Shown: positions 1 through 11,733, numbered from the stretch's first letter. The stretch: DNA of 64,000 nt from Polymyxa betae A26-41 (GCA_003693705.1 RBZT01000721.1:62001-126000), one strand, 5' to 3'. The notes: a model not told the origin generated them from the letters alone. Numbers and translations: made by a program.

Positions 1-189
1 TTGTTGGTTCTTTTCACCAAAACTGACAGTCCCAACTCAATGAAAGACGAGGATTTGATCGATGCCATGTTTCCCGACATCACAGAAGCTAGTCATTTGA
101 CTTACGAACGTATCACTTTGAATTCGACGTCAAGGGCGATTAATATAATCCGGGAGTTTATCAAGCATCTTCCAGGACGCATCATCTAG
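1..189 (+). mobile_element. Degenerate Helitron/PIF1-type helicase fragment
   Basis: DLIDAMFPDI...YERITLNSTSRAINIIREFIKHLPG resembles the Helitron helicase segment LIDxVFPD...ERAILxPxNxxVxxINxxILxxLPG; no intact continuation. Confidence 0.5.
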
Positions 190-488
190 ATAATACGATG
201 TTGTCTATAAGCATGCCTGAATTCAATATGACACTGCAGAGCCAGCTTAAGACCCTGAAAGGACAGAGCAAGATCACGGCTAGCGTGAAGAAGACGGGAG
301 GAGCTGGAAGAATTGCTAGTTCGGCTGGAAGCAATCGGGATGCCTACTGAGAAAGCAAATCAGCAAAATGGTTAAAGAGAGGAAATGGATTATGGAAAGA
401 GAGAGAGAGAGACGTGGCCAAGGTCAGCGATAGTGACCTGTTGCGCAGCCTAGCGTAGCGGGCTCAGACTCCAACTAGGGTTTTCTTG

Positions 489-773
489 ATGGCTATCTTC
501 GCAAGCGATGTCTCGATCCTATCGTCAGGAAGGTTCAGGAGCATTGAGGTCCGCGGTGATGTTGATAAGAAGCCCAGGCGATTCATGGACGATTTGGTGA
601 TGCACTACAACTTGGTCACGTCCCTCTATATGCTTGATCCATGGGAGAGAAACGTTTTTAGTATGGGACCTTACTAACGGGTTCCTATCACACTACTAAT
701 GTACTTGATTACAGATACGTTCTTGTTGGGAACTGTTGCCACCGCATCTTACTTCGCGATCTCGTATATCTAA
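489..773 (+). CDS. Serine palmitoyltransferase small subunit (ssSPT/SPTSSA-like), 1 intron at 661-714
   Basis: HYNLVTSLYMLDPWERNVF|NTFLLGTVATASYFAISYI* matches the ssSPT motif YxLVTALYMLEPWERxVFN followed by a TM helix; removing the GT..AG intron restores the frame. Start codon uncertain. Confidence 0.8.
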
Positions 774-1141
774 GCCTCCTGTCGGAGCCACAGAGAACAT
801 CTGGGCGAAAATCCAATTTGTCGTTAAATCCGATTCATTCTTTCTGGAACACTCTCTTCGGTACAAGAATATAAGCGCTCAATAAATCCTCAGAATTTAC
901 TTCCCATGCTCAACCTCGGCTCCTGGGGGCGTTCGCATCATTTCGTCTACACTTAGCTCAGATTCGACGACGTCAATTTAACTGCTAAACGCTGGATGTT
1001 ATACAGTTGACGAAAAGAGCTATGAGAGCGAGCCATGGAAATTGTCAAATTTGCTTTGTAACTTGATGTGTTTGATAGAGTGGGAGTTTTGTAGTTGGGT
1101 GACGGAGTCCGCATCCCCCCTGCACACATCTATTTAGAATC

Positions 1142-2125
1142 ATGTCGGCGTCGCAAGCTTTCGCTGGCCTAACCGGACGGATTGCCGGCCTCGCTATCGG
1201 TCTTGGTGCTGCTGCCACGGCCGTCCAGCAGTCTGTGTACGATGGTAATGCGGCCTCTATCGAGCTGTGATCAATGAAACTCACGAATTGCAGTGCAACC
1301 TGGTCATCGTGCTATCATTTTCGATCGATTCGCTGGTGTCAAGGATTACATTGTTCCTGAAGGTGACAAAAGAATCGCTCGCTTTATCTGCGTGTTTTTA
1401 ACTCGTAATAGGTACCCATTTCTTGATTCCAATTCTTCAAAGGCCTATCATATTCGATGTACGACAGTCGCGTTTTTGTCAGATCATTCTCTAAACGAGC
1501 TATTCAGGTTCGAACTCGGCCCAGGACCATCTCTACAACGACCGGAACCAAGGATCTGCAGGTTGTCAACCTTTCCCTGCGTGTTTTGTCGAAGCCCAAT
1601 GTCGATCGCCTTCCCGAGCTGTACCGTCATCTGGGTCTCGACTACGATGAGCGTGTTCTGCCATCGATCGGGAACGAAGTTCTGAAGTCGACCGTGGCCC
1701 AGTATAACGCCGATCAGCTGCTCACCATGCGTGATCAAGTCTCACGTGATATTCGTGATGGGCTTCACCAGCGAGCCAAAGATTTCAACATCTTGCTGGA
1801 TGATGTTTCCGTCACTCACATCAACTTTTCTCGTGAATTCAGCGCCGCTATCGAGCAGAAACAGGTCGCCCAGCAGGAAGCCGAACGATCGAAGTTTGTC
1901 GTTCTGAAAGCTGAGCAAGAGAAGCTCGCCGCCATTATTCAAGCTGAAGGTGAATCCGAAGCTGCTCAGCTGATCTCCGATGCCATGGCGAAATCCGGCG
2001 ACGGCCTCATTGCTATTCGTCGAATTGAAACCGCCAAGCACATCGCTGATACCTTATCGCGATCGCGTAATGTCACCTACCTTCCCAACGGCAACAACAT
2101 GCTGTTGGGCGTCAACGCCAGCTAG
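1142..2125 (+). CDS. PHB1: Prohibitin 1 (SPFH domain), 3 short introns
   Basis: [75 protein letters not shown]. Confidence 0.95.
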
Positions 2126-2338
2126 ACCTACTTGGTCGAAAATCAATAAATTGTATTCAACCCTCCCTGTATATGTTGCCGTAACTTTGGCCTGAGAAAT
2201 GGCTTTGTAGGAATCAGTATCAAATAGCTGCTGTCATGTTAAGTAGGATTAGGCGTAAGGAGGGCGCAGCCCATCGCCTTATCCAGTGTCTTTGTCGTTA
2301 CTCGAAGCCAGTTTTCGTAATTCGCTGCAAACGACATC

Positions 2339-3096
2339 ATGAGCTATAGTAAGGCCTGTACAATATCGCAGTTGGATGCATTCGCCAACCTCACCAAGAC
2401 CTATGCTGGTCGGGACAAATGCACGAAGGCGATTCAGTATGGGAGCCGTGTGCTCATGTATTTGCTGCTGAAGGACGATCCGAAGAATCAGCTGGGGAAC
2501 AGATTTAAGGGCCTGTTCGCTATGACTCGAGATGCTCGTAAAATCTGGCGCTTCCCCAACGTCGTCACCGAGTATAAAACCATCTTGACTGTTTTGGATA
2601 ACACCAAGGATGGGACGTTGATCCAGGCGCTGCAGATTTTATCGCGAGCTGCCTTCGCATAGTAATACTCGTTTTGATTAGTTTTTATGGATTTTTTTCT
2701 CAATGCCTGTTTAGCTACTGGATCAATGATTCTTTGGTGTTTCTCTGCAAATCCAAGTTCATGACTCGGGACCCAGCGAACTTGAACTTGCATGCTCAGA
2801 GAGGATGGTTCTTCGGCATCTTCTTTGGGCTTCTGATGCAATTCGTCCAGCTGAAAGAGAACTTCGAAAAGGAAGTGGCCATGAAAGACGGCCCGGATGC
2901 CGCCAATACTCAGCTCGCTATTCTGAAAGAACGCAATTCTCTGTACCTGAAGATCGTTGCTGGATTTGGCGACCTTCCCGTCGCTGCCAATGGATCGAAC
3001 TTCACCCAAGCATTACTCGGATGGCAGTTTAATGATGGTATTTTGGGAGCCGGTGGTTTGATCTCTGCCTTAATTGGAGCCTACCAATTATTATAA
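2339..3096 (+). CDS. PEX11: Peroxisomal biogenesis factor 11, 1 intron
   Basis: GRDKCTKAIQYGSR, ARKIWRF, GDLPVA and C-terminal DGILGAGGLISALIGAYQ are PEX11 motifs. Confidence 0.9.
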
Positions 3097-3152
3097 TGCA
3101 AATATATAATCATCCACTCGATAAAATTCGAATGTTTACTTTAAGTCGTGGT

Positions 3153-4297
3153 TTATTCTTTGAGATTATCTGCAAGCGATTTGGCAAAGCTTTTAATTTG
3201 TTTGACCTGGGTCTGAAAGGAACCTCTCAGTTCCGACACAGAGTCAGATGCCGATTTAACTGAAGCTTGCATGCTTGATTGCGACTTCTGACAATCTGCC
3301 ATCTGAGATTTGATATCTTTCAGATCGGATTTACAAGAGGCCACTTCAGCCTTGAGATCGGCAATGAGCTTTTCTTGAGCCTGTATTTTATCTTGCTGGG
3401 CTTTCTCATTGGCTTTCATCGTGTCCCTTAGCGAGCTGCTCGTCTGTTCCAAATCGGCCTTTAACGACGTAATCAGGGCTTTCAAATCGGCAATCTCGCT
3501 GGCCTATTCAAACAGAAAATTAACATTTAACAAAGACGAAAAACATGCACGACTCACAGATGAGGAAGTTGCAGCAGGAACCTTCGCTGCTGTAGATTTT
3601 GTACTGAGCATTTTGACTTCGGCTACAGGTTGCTGCTCTTGAACGGCTTCGTCTTCGCTATGATAGCCATCAGGTCGATCCCAAGTCGTCTCATGCGTGT
3701 CATTGTTCCTGCATCAGATCAGTTTACAAGTTGAGCTCGTTCAAGAGATTGCTTACGTATAGTAAGGATATCCATCGGCGCCCACGACCTTCGTCCAAAC
3801 ATTAGCGCTAGCCTAAACTTCAAATTAGGTTATAATCAACATATGATCGAAATTGTCGAACCGAAGTTTTCCCCTTTTGCTGCTGGAGATTCTCCATTGA
3901 TTTCTTGGCCATCTCTTCAACTAGATTGGATTTCGCTGGTGCGCCAATCCCGAATTTCGGAGCGGCCGCTGACATTTTCGCAGACGCTAACGTCTTAGTC
4001 TCTGTATGACAGTGTAAGACGAAGCAGATTTGCTGCAGCTGAATTCACGCGACGTACTTGTTTGCTGGATCTGGGCATACACCTCTTCGACTTGACTGAA
4101 TGGCGTCCTAGTCGCTAGTAAATTCCAATGCTATTTGCTTCTAATCAGGTGATTTACCAATCTGCTAAGGAGTCGCTCCAGATTAGGCAGTCTTCTTTCA
4201 GATGGCCTGCATTGTATTCGGTGATCAAGTCTTTATCAGGTACAGGGCCTTGCTGGTGGCCCGACGTGTCGCAATAGTACCAGAGCTTCGTCGCCAT
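3153..4297 (-). CDS. GYF_2 + WW + coiled-coil protein (multi-exon)
   Basis: WYYCDTSGHQQGPV...LKEDCLIWSDSLADW (GYF_2); WTKVVGADGYPYY..NNDTHETTWDRP (WW); C-terminal heptad-rich exon at 3153-3500. Confidence 0.75.
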
Positions 4298-5042
4298 GGT
4301 GGATTTGGTTATCTGACAACCAGCCTGGATATCTGCCTGTCGACCTTGTTGTACGTTCGAGATCACAGATTGATCATATCTTCGTCTGGTGCTTGCTGGA
4401 CTGTTCCTTTTAACGGCTGGTCTGCAAGCATTTTCTGAAAGTCAGTCACACACGTCTTGTCACTTCAAGATACTTCTTCGTCTTGTTTTTCATTTCATTC
4501 TCTAATCGATAATTTATAATTAAGAATTCAAATTTAAATACGAGTCCAACATATCAGATAATCCTTTCAAGTTTGGATCACTGTCATAACATCGGGATTT
4601 GGTACCGAGTTTTCATCGTGAAAGTGGGTTCAGAGTGCAGAAGGGATCGAGTGCGTTCTAGCCAGTCTCTCCCAAGCTAACGACGACAAATGTTGAATGT
4701 CTTAATCATAATAAAGTGACTGGGCTCAAGCCGACCAATGGTGTAGTGAACGAGACATGCTGTCGCTGTAATCTCGATACTACAGAGGCCACCTACAAAA
4801 GTTCACGCCTTCCATACTGGCAAGGCTACGTGGCCCAGTCGTCTTGCCACTTGCTGAAGGCCACATGGTCCCAGTGAAACAGCGGGGGGTTGGGACAGGG
4901 ACGTCAGTCATGTCATGACCGACGATGGGTAACGTTTCTGCAGTCGGAGGGCGCCTCCAAGCCATGACATTACTCCAGCTTCCCCTTGTTGCCTTTTATT
5001 CTGATTTCTACTGTCGCCTTCTCTCCCATCGCTTGTTCAACG

Positions 5043-7439
5043 ATGATGCAAGCGCAGCGCACCCAAACCAGTGAGATCAACGCCACCCATTCCCTGAACC
5101 TCATGAAGAACCTCCTTCGATCCGGCCTGGTAAGGCAGTCGCATGCAAATGCTGATCTGTCTAACTGCATAGTTAGTCTTGTATTGCCTTCATGAGGGGA
5201 ATGTTTCCTGCGGAATGTTTCAAAAAGCAGAAGATCTCAGGTATAACAGTCCATACGTTGCAGCCGAACGAGTCAGAACCGAGAAAGTTGATGGACTGGA
5301 TCGATCAAGGTTGCTTGCCTTCTTTAGAGAAAAGGTAGCTATCTGGGATGTTACCATAATGCTCGTAACAGTCTCGCTAAGATACTTGGAGGAGCTGGTT
5401 TTCGCTATCTACGCCAAACTAGATATCGCAGGAGAAGATCAGTTTTATCTGATCGAAACCTACAACTGTTAGGAATGTTTTAAGCAATGAGCGCTCTCTA
5501 ATTTGCAGTGCAGTCCAAATTCGTTATCACGAAAACGATGTGGTGATGACCCGAAAAGCACAAGGCGTGGAGGTGAATCCTACCAGCAATGCCAAATTCC
5601 GACTAACCTGCTTCGACAGATTTCTAGGAGCGTCCCAACGAAGCAAGAAATCTCTCAAGCGACGGTTTCAAGTAAGACTATCAGCTTGATGATGACCGCA
5701 TCTCACAAATGGTAGTGATTAGGTCTTTGATTACAATGGGAGGAACGATGCCTCCTTTACCTGGAGATCGGTAAACAATTAGTTTTCACACACAATTGTA
5801 TCTGAATTTGTTTAGGGCATTTTCAATCAAGTTATTATATCGGGATGATGTCACTCCAGAGGTCTTTAGTCACTGCTGATCAGAGATATTATGATAACCC
5901 AACAATTAGAATTATCAACCGATGCATTTCCATCCAGTGTCGTCAGAGCATCAGCTTCGCTTCTTTAGCAAACCAGAAGCGGTAGCAATCGGGAACATTG
6001 CGACCCCCTATCATGAACTGAATCTCCACGTTTTGGTCCCAGAAGAAAATCAGGTTTCTATGGTACACCTTCAAGTCAATTTGCTCTGATCAATGATACA
6101 GAGAGAGCTTGCAGCGAAATATTCTACAGGCGGAGGTGATAATATCGAAACGTATCCTGCATACACCGCAACCATTAATGACTCGATTTCACCGACTCTT
6201 TCCGAGCATATCGCTCCTAGTTTGAGGTATATTAATTAGGATGTTTCGTCTCAGAAGAATGAAAATCTTCAAGGGAAAACGAAGATGACACGTCCTTAGC
6301 AATTAACGCAGGCAATACACATCACCTTGCGACAACGGCTACGACAAATGAAGCAGAACGAGGTCGAGAATGCTCACAGAGCAAAGCTAGTCAGCCTCAG
6401 AGTCATATCGGGCACAAGAAATCTAACAGTAACCCCCCTCGTGAGATATACTTCTGTTAGTGATGCCATATTTCTAAAGCTGTAAAACAGAAAACAAACA
6501 TACCAAACCACAAAAGACTGCAAATGTAACGCGCAGTATTGCAACCAATTCGAATTTTCAATTTCACTGTAGCGCGACGAACAAAAGGAAACTGCAACCG
6601 TCGAAAAAGAAACAGGCGAATTGAGAACGAGCGCAGTCCAACGGCGTCGGAAGTTATCGCTTGCGGAGACCAGCGAGCTATTAAAAGCAGTACGAAACGG
6701 CGTATACAGAAAAGTCCCAGGCGATATCTATGAAATATCGCCAATTGCATCTGGTACAACACCGCTTATCTCGAAAATCACAAAATAATGTGTTTATTTA
6801 GAGAAGTTGGAACAACTAATCGAAATGTATTCCTGCCAGGAATTCGATGAACTGCAAAGTTGGAACCATGAAATGAACCCAAAAGATGAAATGTTGATTA
6901 CTCTATAGGTTTATATTTGCAACTAGAAGTCATGCTGTTCCTAAGCGGCAGTGCACCCGGAAGACCAATAGCATTGCATTTTCGGGGAACAAAACTCACC
7001 AGAACACTCATTCGTGGTAGGCCTTGAAATCAACAATCGAATATTACTAGTCATTCAGCACAAGATAGATCATCTGAACACACTAGTAGAATCGGGATTG
7101 GCGACTCGCGACTGTAGGAATCAGGTCATAGTAAACGAAGATGCCCTTCCGTGTAGTCAGACACAGAAGGTTGCTGTTGATGATGATGCAGAAACAATTG
7201 ACACAGATGGCCGTCCGATTGAATCCGTTGCAAACCAAACTGCACAGAGCCTCCAGCAATCAGCAATAGACAACTTAACCTTAAGACTGCAGAAGCACAT
7301 AGAAAGTGGCGTTGTAGCGTTTACACAAAGCGACATCGGAGCGTCGCAAACATCCCGAACATGCCCTAAAATTTTAACCAAACGTAAAATCTCCACATCT
7401 GAAGATATCTATCAGACATCGAATAAGCGAGTTCGCTGA
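5043..7439 (+). CDS. HOP1: Meiotic HORMA-domain axis protein (Hop1/HORMAD/ASY1-like), many introns
   Basis: Spliced: SLNLMKNLLRSGL|SCIAFMRGMFPAECF; LMDWIDQGCLPSLEK|RYLEELVFAIY; MPPLPGDR|AFSIKLLYRDDVTPE; YQPMHF; IGNIATPYHELNLHV; C-terminal KRKIS closure-motif-like tail. Middle exons uncertain. Confidence 0.8.
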
Positions 7440-7607
7440 ACAACTCTCCGTCCAGTCAACAGTCAACTATTGTTGATATGTAATATAAAAACATTAGGCA
7501 GCCTGTTTCTCGCCTTTTAGCATAACCAGGCTTATAGGTGAAACAATTACAGTACAGAGCAGACGAAGACAACCACAGACAGCGCGCAGAGTCGAGCATA
7601 TAGCAGG

Positions 7608-8498
7608 TTACTGATTTTTCCAAGCCAAAGGCTTCTTAATAACACTGGATTCGACACGACGTAATTGGTGTACATAGAGCAACATGAGATCATCATATCT
7701 GCCATCATACGATTGGCCATTTGTCCTCTCAAAATAATCGACAAGAAAGTAGTAGATAGCCTCAATAGTACCCAAGAAAGCAGGCCCATGATGGGTGAAC
7801 TATACATATAAGTAAGAATGATGATGATTGGATCGACTACAGCAGCACTACCTTCCAGAATGTAGTGTGCCTAGATTTCAATGCAACGCTGGGCAATCCC
7901 TGTAATCGGGGATCTCGCATAATCTGACGAGCACCTGCGCACGTACTATCGACCACAATCAAATTCTTGAGCGCCTTCAGCTTCGGCAACGCCTCCTCCG
8001 ATTCCATATCCAGAGCCGTATCATTTGGATACAATATCATGGTTGTTTCCGGATCCAAAGCACCTGGCGCCATTTCTCAATTCCTAATTATTAACAGACA
8101 CACGACATACGGATTGTATTCATCTGCGATGGGAACTCGATCAGAGAGCAATGATCAGGAGCCACTATACATGAATGTAGAGCTGTGCATTTCTTTGCCT
8201 GTCATGACGCATTCAGCACGAATCTACAGATGAGACATCTGACTTCTTACCCATTCTTTCTTCTTGGCGACTGTCATTACATTGATAGGTAGCGTTAGGT
8301 GCGGCATTGCCTTAATGTTGGAGACCGCCCAGCAATGACACTCCGAACAGTACAGATACACCTTCTTCGAACATGAAGGGCACAATTCACGCTGCACAGC
8401 AAATCAGCCAATGTGGCACACGCGGGGTCGTACTGTACCTCGCACGTTTTCAGCAGGTCCAGATCCAGGCTGAATTTCAGTTGGCTGAATGGGCCCAT
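7608..8498 (-). CDS. DTWD1: DTW-domain tRNA aminocarboxypropyltransferase (DTWD1-like)
   Basis: CPSCSKKVYLYCSEC, KCTALHSCIVAPD, ILYP, LIVVDSTC, DPRLQGLPSVALKSRHTTFWK, LGTIEAIYYFL, YDDLMLLY. Confidence 0.85.
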
Positions 8499-8653
8499 GT
8501 GCCTACCGGGGCACAGCAATTAGGGTGAAAGGGGTTTGGAGGAACTCCGGACACTTACTGATTCTCATCGCGATCAAATTCATCGTTCCAGACGTTATAT
8601 CGGGAGCGGCGCTGTTCTTCCATCGCCTCCTCCAGTTCTAATCGTCAATCGCA

Positions 8654-9179
8654 TCAACAAGAACCGCACGACGAGATTTCCAGGTGCGGATCAGTACTAC
8701 CTGGAGTCGGGGCCAGATTCTGGCGTTCGGCGCCGCCCACCACGTACGGCATCCGGCAGAAAACGCGTCGCACGCCCCGCGACTGATGATTGAGGAATTC
8801 ATGGTACGACTGCGCATCACGCAGGATGCCCTCGACCTGATCGTCGGGGACCTGTACGACCAATCGTCATCAGCAGCAGCGATCGAAGCCGTGACGGCCC
8901 CTGGATTCATACGTCGATGTTGTAGAGGCGTCTGCAGCAGATGCGGACCCATAACGCCATATAGTACGACTCCTGGGCGACGTTCCGGGCATTCCATCGG
9001 CGCCATCGCCGTCGTAACGAAACGATCAGGTTGCAAACGTTACCACGGGTCGGGACGCGGTCCGGCTGCGACTGGCCCAGACAGCCCAGAGCGGGGTCGC
9101 ATTGGCACGTGTCGGACACGATCAGGCAATCGAGCTCGGGGTCCGTTAAATGGACCGTGTCCAGACATCGGGTGGTCAT
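8654..9179 (-). CDS. Hypothetical protein, probably 2 exons
   Basis: GCC-ATG start; ORF 9179-8907 joins the 8863-8654 ORF in frame via a GTATGA..TACAG intron; no recognised family. Confidence 0.45.
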
Positions 9180-9224
9180 GGCGACTGATCGATCAAAGTC
9201 GGACTGCGAGTAGCGCGGACACCG

Positions 9225-9260
9225 CTGAGAACCCTAGACCCTAAAACCCTAGACCCTAAC
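9225..9260 (-). repeat. Interstitial telomere-like array GTTAGGG TCTAGGG TTTTAGGG TCTAGGG TTCTCAG; candidate 36-nt 5'UTR intron or telo-box
   Basis: Read directly: the + strand is ctgagaaccctagaccctaaaaccctagaccctaac. Confidence 0.85.
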
Positions 9261-9416
9261 TCCGGCCAAACTGCACTTTCCTTCAGCGAATTTCAGATCG
9301 CGTCACGTTATCGATCGCCGTCTGGATCTGGGTTTCGGTAGCTGTTGTCGCAGCGAGCGCCGCGATTTCGGAAAGGTTGAGGAGGGCGGGACGAGGCCGC
9401 GACGCAGTCCGTGGCC

Positions 9417-11561
9417 ATGTTTCAGATCGTGCGCCGGTCAAGGGCCAACATCACCAATCGGCTGTTCGCCACGATGGCATCTTCGGCTGAATCGGGTGCG
9501 ACTGACACCGGGGGCCGCTGCGCCTTGCGCATCCACCCGGTGAAACCGTTCTATAACGTCGCCCATCTGCAACGCATGGTACACGTTACCGTAACGTCAT
9601 CGTCGCCGACCGTCACCACTGACTTGCCGTCCAGATTCAGGAAGACGCCAAAGTTACCGATTTCATTGCCGTCTTCAAGGTTCGAATTACGCTCTCTCTT
9701 TGAGGAAGGCGTTCTGACCTCCTGTAACAGAAACCGAACCGTGACATCGGGTTCGTTTCCTTCGAATCGGAACAGGCCCGGGCGGATGCCCTGGTCAAGC
9801 TGCGTGAGCTACGTCGTCCCGGCTCGGATACACCCTACAGTCTGCAGGAGGTCGCCTTCATCACTGAGAGTAACACACAGAAACGTCAACGGGAGGCGAC
9901 CGTGGAACGTTCCCGGAAACGTCAACTGCGTAACACGGGCGATCCTGAACATCAGGAGACGATCGTCAAGACCGTGGCGGATGTCGTGACGCCGTGGCAT
10001 ACGGTCCCCTATCTGACCCAGCTCCAGCGGAAGATGGCCCAGCTACAGTCGGCCCTGACCTCGGTCATGCTGGCCCTGCGCAAGGACTATCGACACGAAG
10101 CGGCCCGGTATCCGGACCTGGACCTGAAAGGGGTCCCGCGTGAGGACGTTCCTCTTCACCTCCATGATCACGTTACGCTCGACGTCACGGACACGGCTGC
10201 GGCCCCGACCGAGGGCCGCGACCCGTTTCTGGCCTGCCCGATCGTGGGCGTGCACGGCTGGGCCACCGGTCGTCGCGGATACCGCAACAAGAACGACCTG
10301 ACGGTCGGGTACGACCAGGACGGCGCCGTCTGCGTCGGGTTCGTCGTCGGACGCCAACAGGGCCGTCTTGCGGTGGACGCCGCGGCCGACGCCCTGCCGT
10401 TGCCGCCCATCGCCGCACGGATCGCCTCCGACGCCCAAGCGCTGATGCGCGCGTCGTGCTGGACCCCGTTCGCGCAGCAGGGCCACGACGACGACGCGAC
10501 CGGCGTCTGGCGTCGTGTCCTGATTCGATCAGCTGGTACAACCGGACAGGTGATGGTGGCGATCGCTGCCGATCTGTCGCGGCTGTCGGCCGACGAGGTC
10601 GCCCTGCTCAAGGCGCAGCTGGCCACGGAGTTTCGCCCCGATCGATACGATGACGAAGAGATCGACGGACAGCGATGGCGTATCGAGACTGTCGTCATAC
10701 AGGTCACGACTTGTTTGGGAATTGTTCGCGCTCTGTGTACTGATTGTCGTTACATAGAATTTCGGCGGGTATGGTAACGTAATCCCCAGTGACATCCCGT
10801 ATGAATGCGTCACCGGTAACGGGTTCATCGTCGAGCACCTGGGCCGATTGGCGTTCCAGATTCAGCCCGGATCCTTCTTCCAGGTCCGCGAAACCCCATT
10901 TCGGGGTCCAGTACGCCCCTCCGGATTCCTGACCGATTGATTGTTCAGGTGAACACGCACGGTGCCCGTCTGCTGTATGATCTGGTCGGGGAATGGGCCG
11001 TGGCCGACCGCGACTGTGGTAACGTAATCGCGGCCGATGTCTGCTGCGGAACGGGGACGATCGGGATGACGTTACATGACCGCGTCCGGGAAGTGCTCGG
11101 CTTCGAGCTGGTCCCGTCCGCGGTCGATGATGCGCGTCTGAACGCTGAACGAAACGGCCTGGAGCGCTGCCAGTTCTTCGTGGGGAAGGCCGAGGTTTAG
11201 GGTTTTAGGGTTTGGCTAGGGTTTAGGGGTTCTTAGACTGCTCCAGGTTACGTTATCGCCGACCATCACCAAGCACATGTCCGGGATGGCATCCGATACG
11301 GAGCTCATCTGTATCGTAGATCCGCCCCGGCCCGGCCTGCACAAGTCCGTACTGAAAGCGATTCGGCAGTGCGAGCAGATCCGTCGCGTGGTTTACGTGT
11401 CATGTAATCCGAAATCCATGGCTGTTGATGTTACGGCCTTGATGAGGCCGCAGGGCGATAAACGCCCCGGACGTCCCTTCCGTCCTGTAAAGGCCACGCT
11501 GGTCGATATGTTTCCACATACAGATCATTGTGAGTCGATCGTGCTCCTAACGCGCGACTGA
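9417..11561 (+). CDS. TRM2: tRNA (uracil-54-C5)-methyltransferase (Trm2/TRMT2A-like)
   Basis: DVVTPWHTVPYLTQLQRK, GYRNKNDLTVG, GVWRRVLIRS, FQIQPGSFFQVNT, DVCCGTGTIG, IVDPPRPGLH, YVSCNP, DMFPHTDHCE. Confidence 0.93.
11195..11246 (+). repeat. 52-nt intron of TRM2 composed largely of telomeric repeats
   Basis: GTTTAGGGTTTTAGGGTTTGGCTAGGGTTTAGGGGTTCTTAGACTGCTCCAG; removal joins VGKAE to VTLSPTITKHMSG in frame with the DPPR exon. Confidence 0.88.
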
Positions 11562-11733
11562 ACTGTTAATGTTACGGTGATAACGTCATCCTCACATAAA
11601 CGTAACGTGATATGCGAAAGGAAAGCGCCGAACCTTCGCCAAAAAAAATTGTATCAGAATTAAACCGATTCAATTACGCTGATCTTACATTACAGTCTAT
11701 GATTCTTTATGTTACCGATTATGTTACGTTACG

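Noticed and set aside
447-478. Hairpin AGCCTAGC-GTA-GCGGGCT followed by CTAG as a Helitron 3' end
   Set aside because: The stem is imperfect, CTAG is followed by G rather than T, and it abuts the ssSPT gene start.
4986-5042. Signal-peptide-like MLPFILISTVAFSPIAC (secreted effector)
   Set aside because: It starts at a TTG upstream of the real ATG of the HORMA gene.
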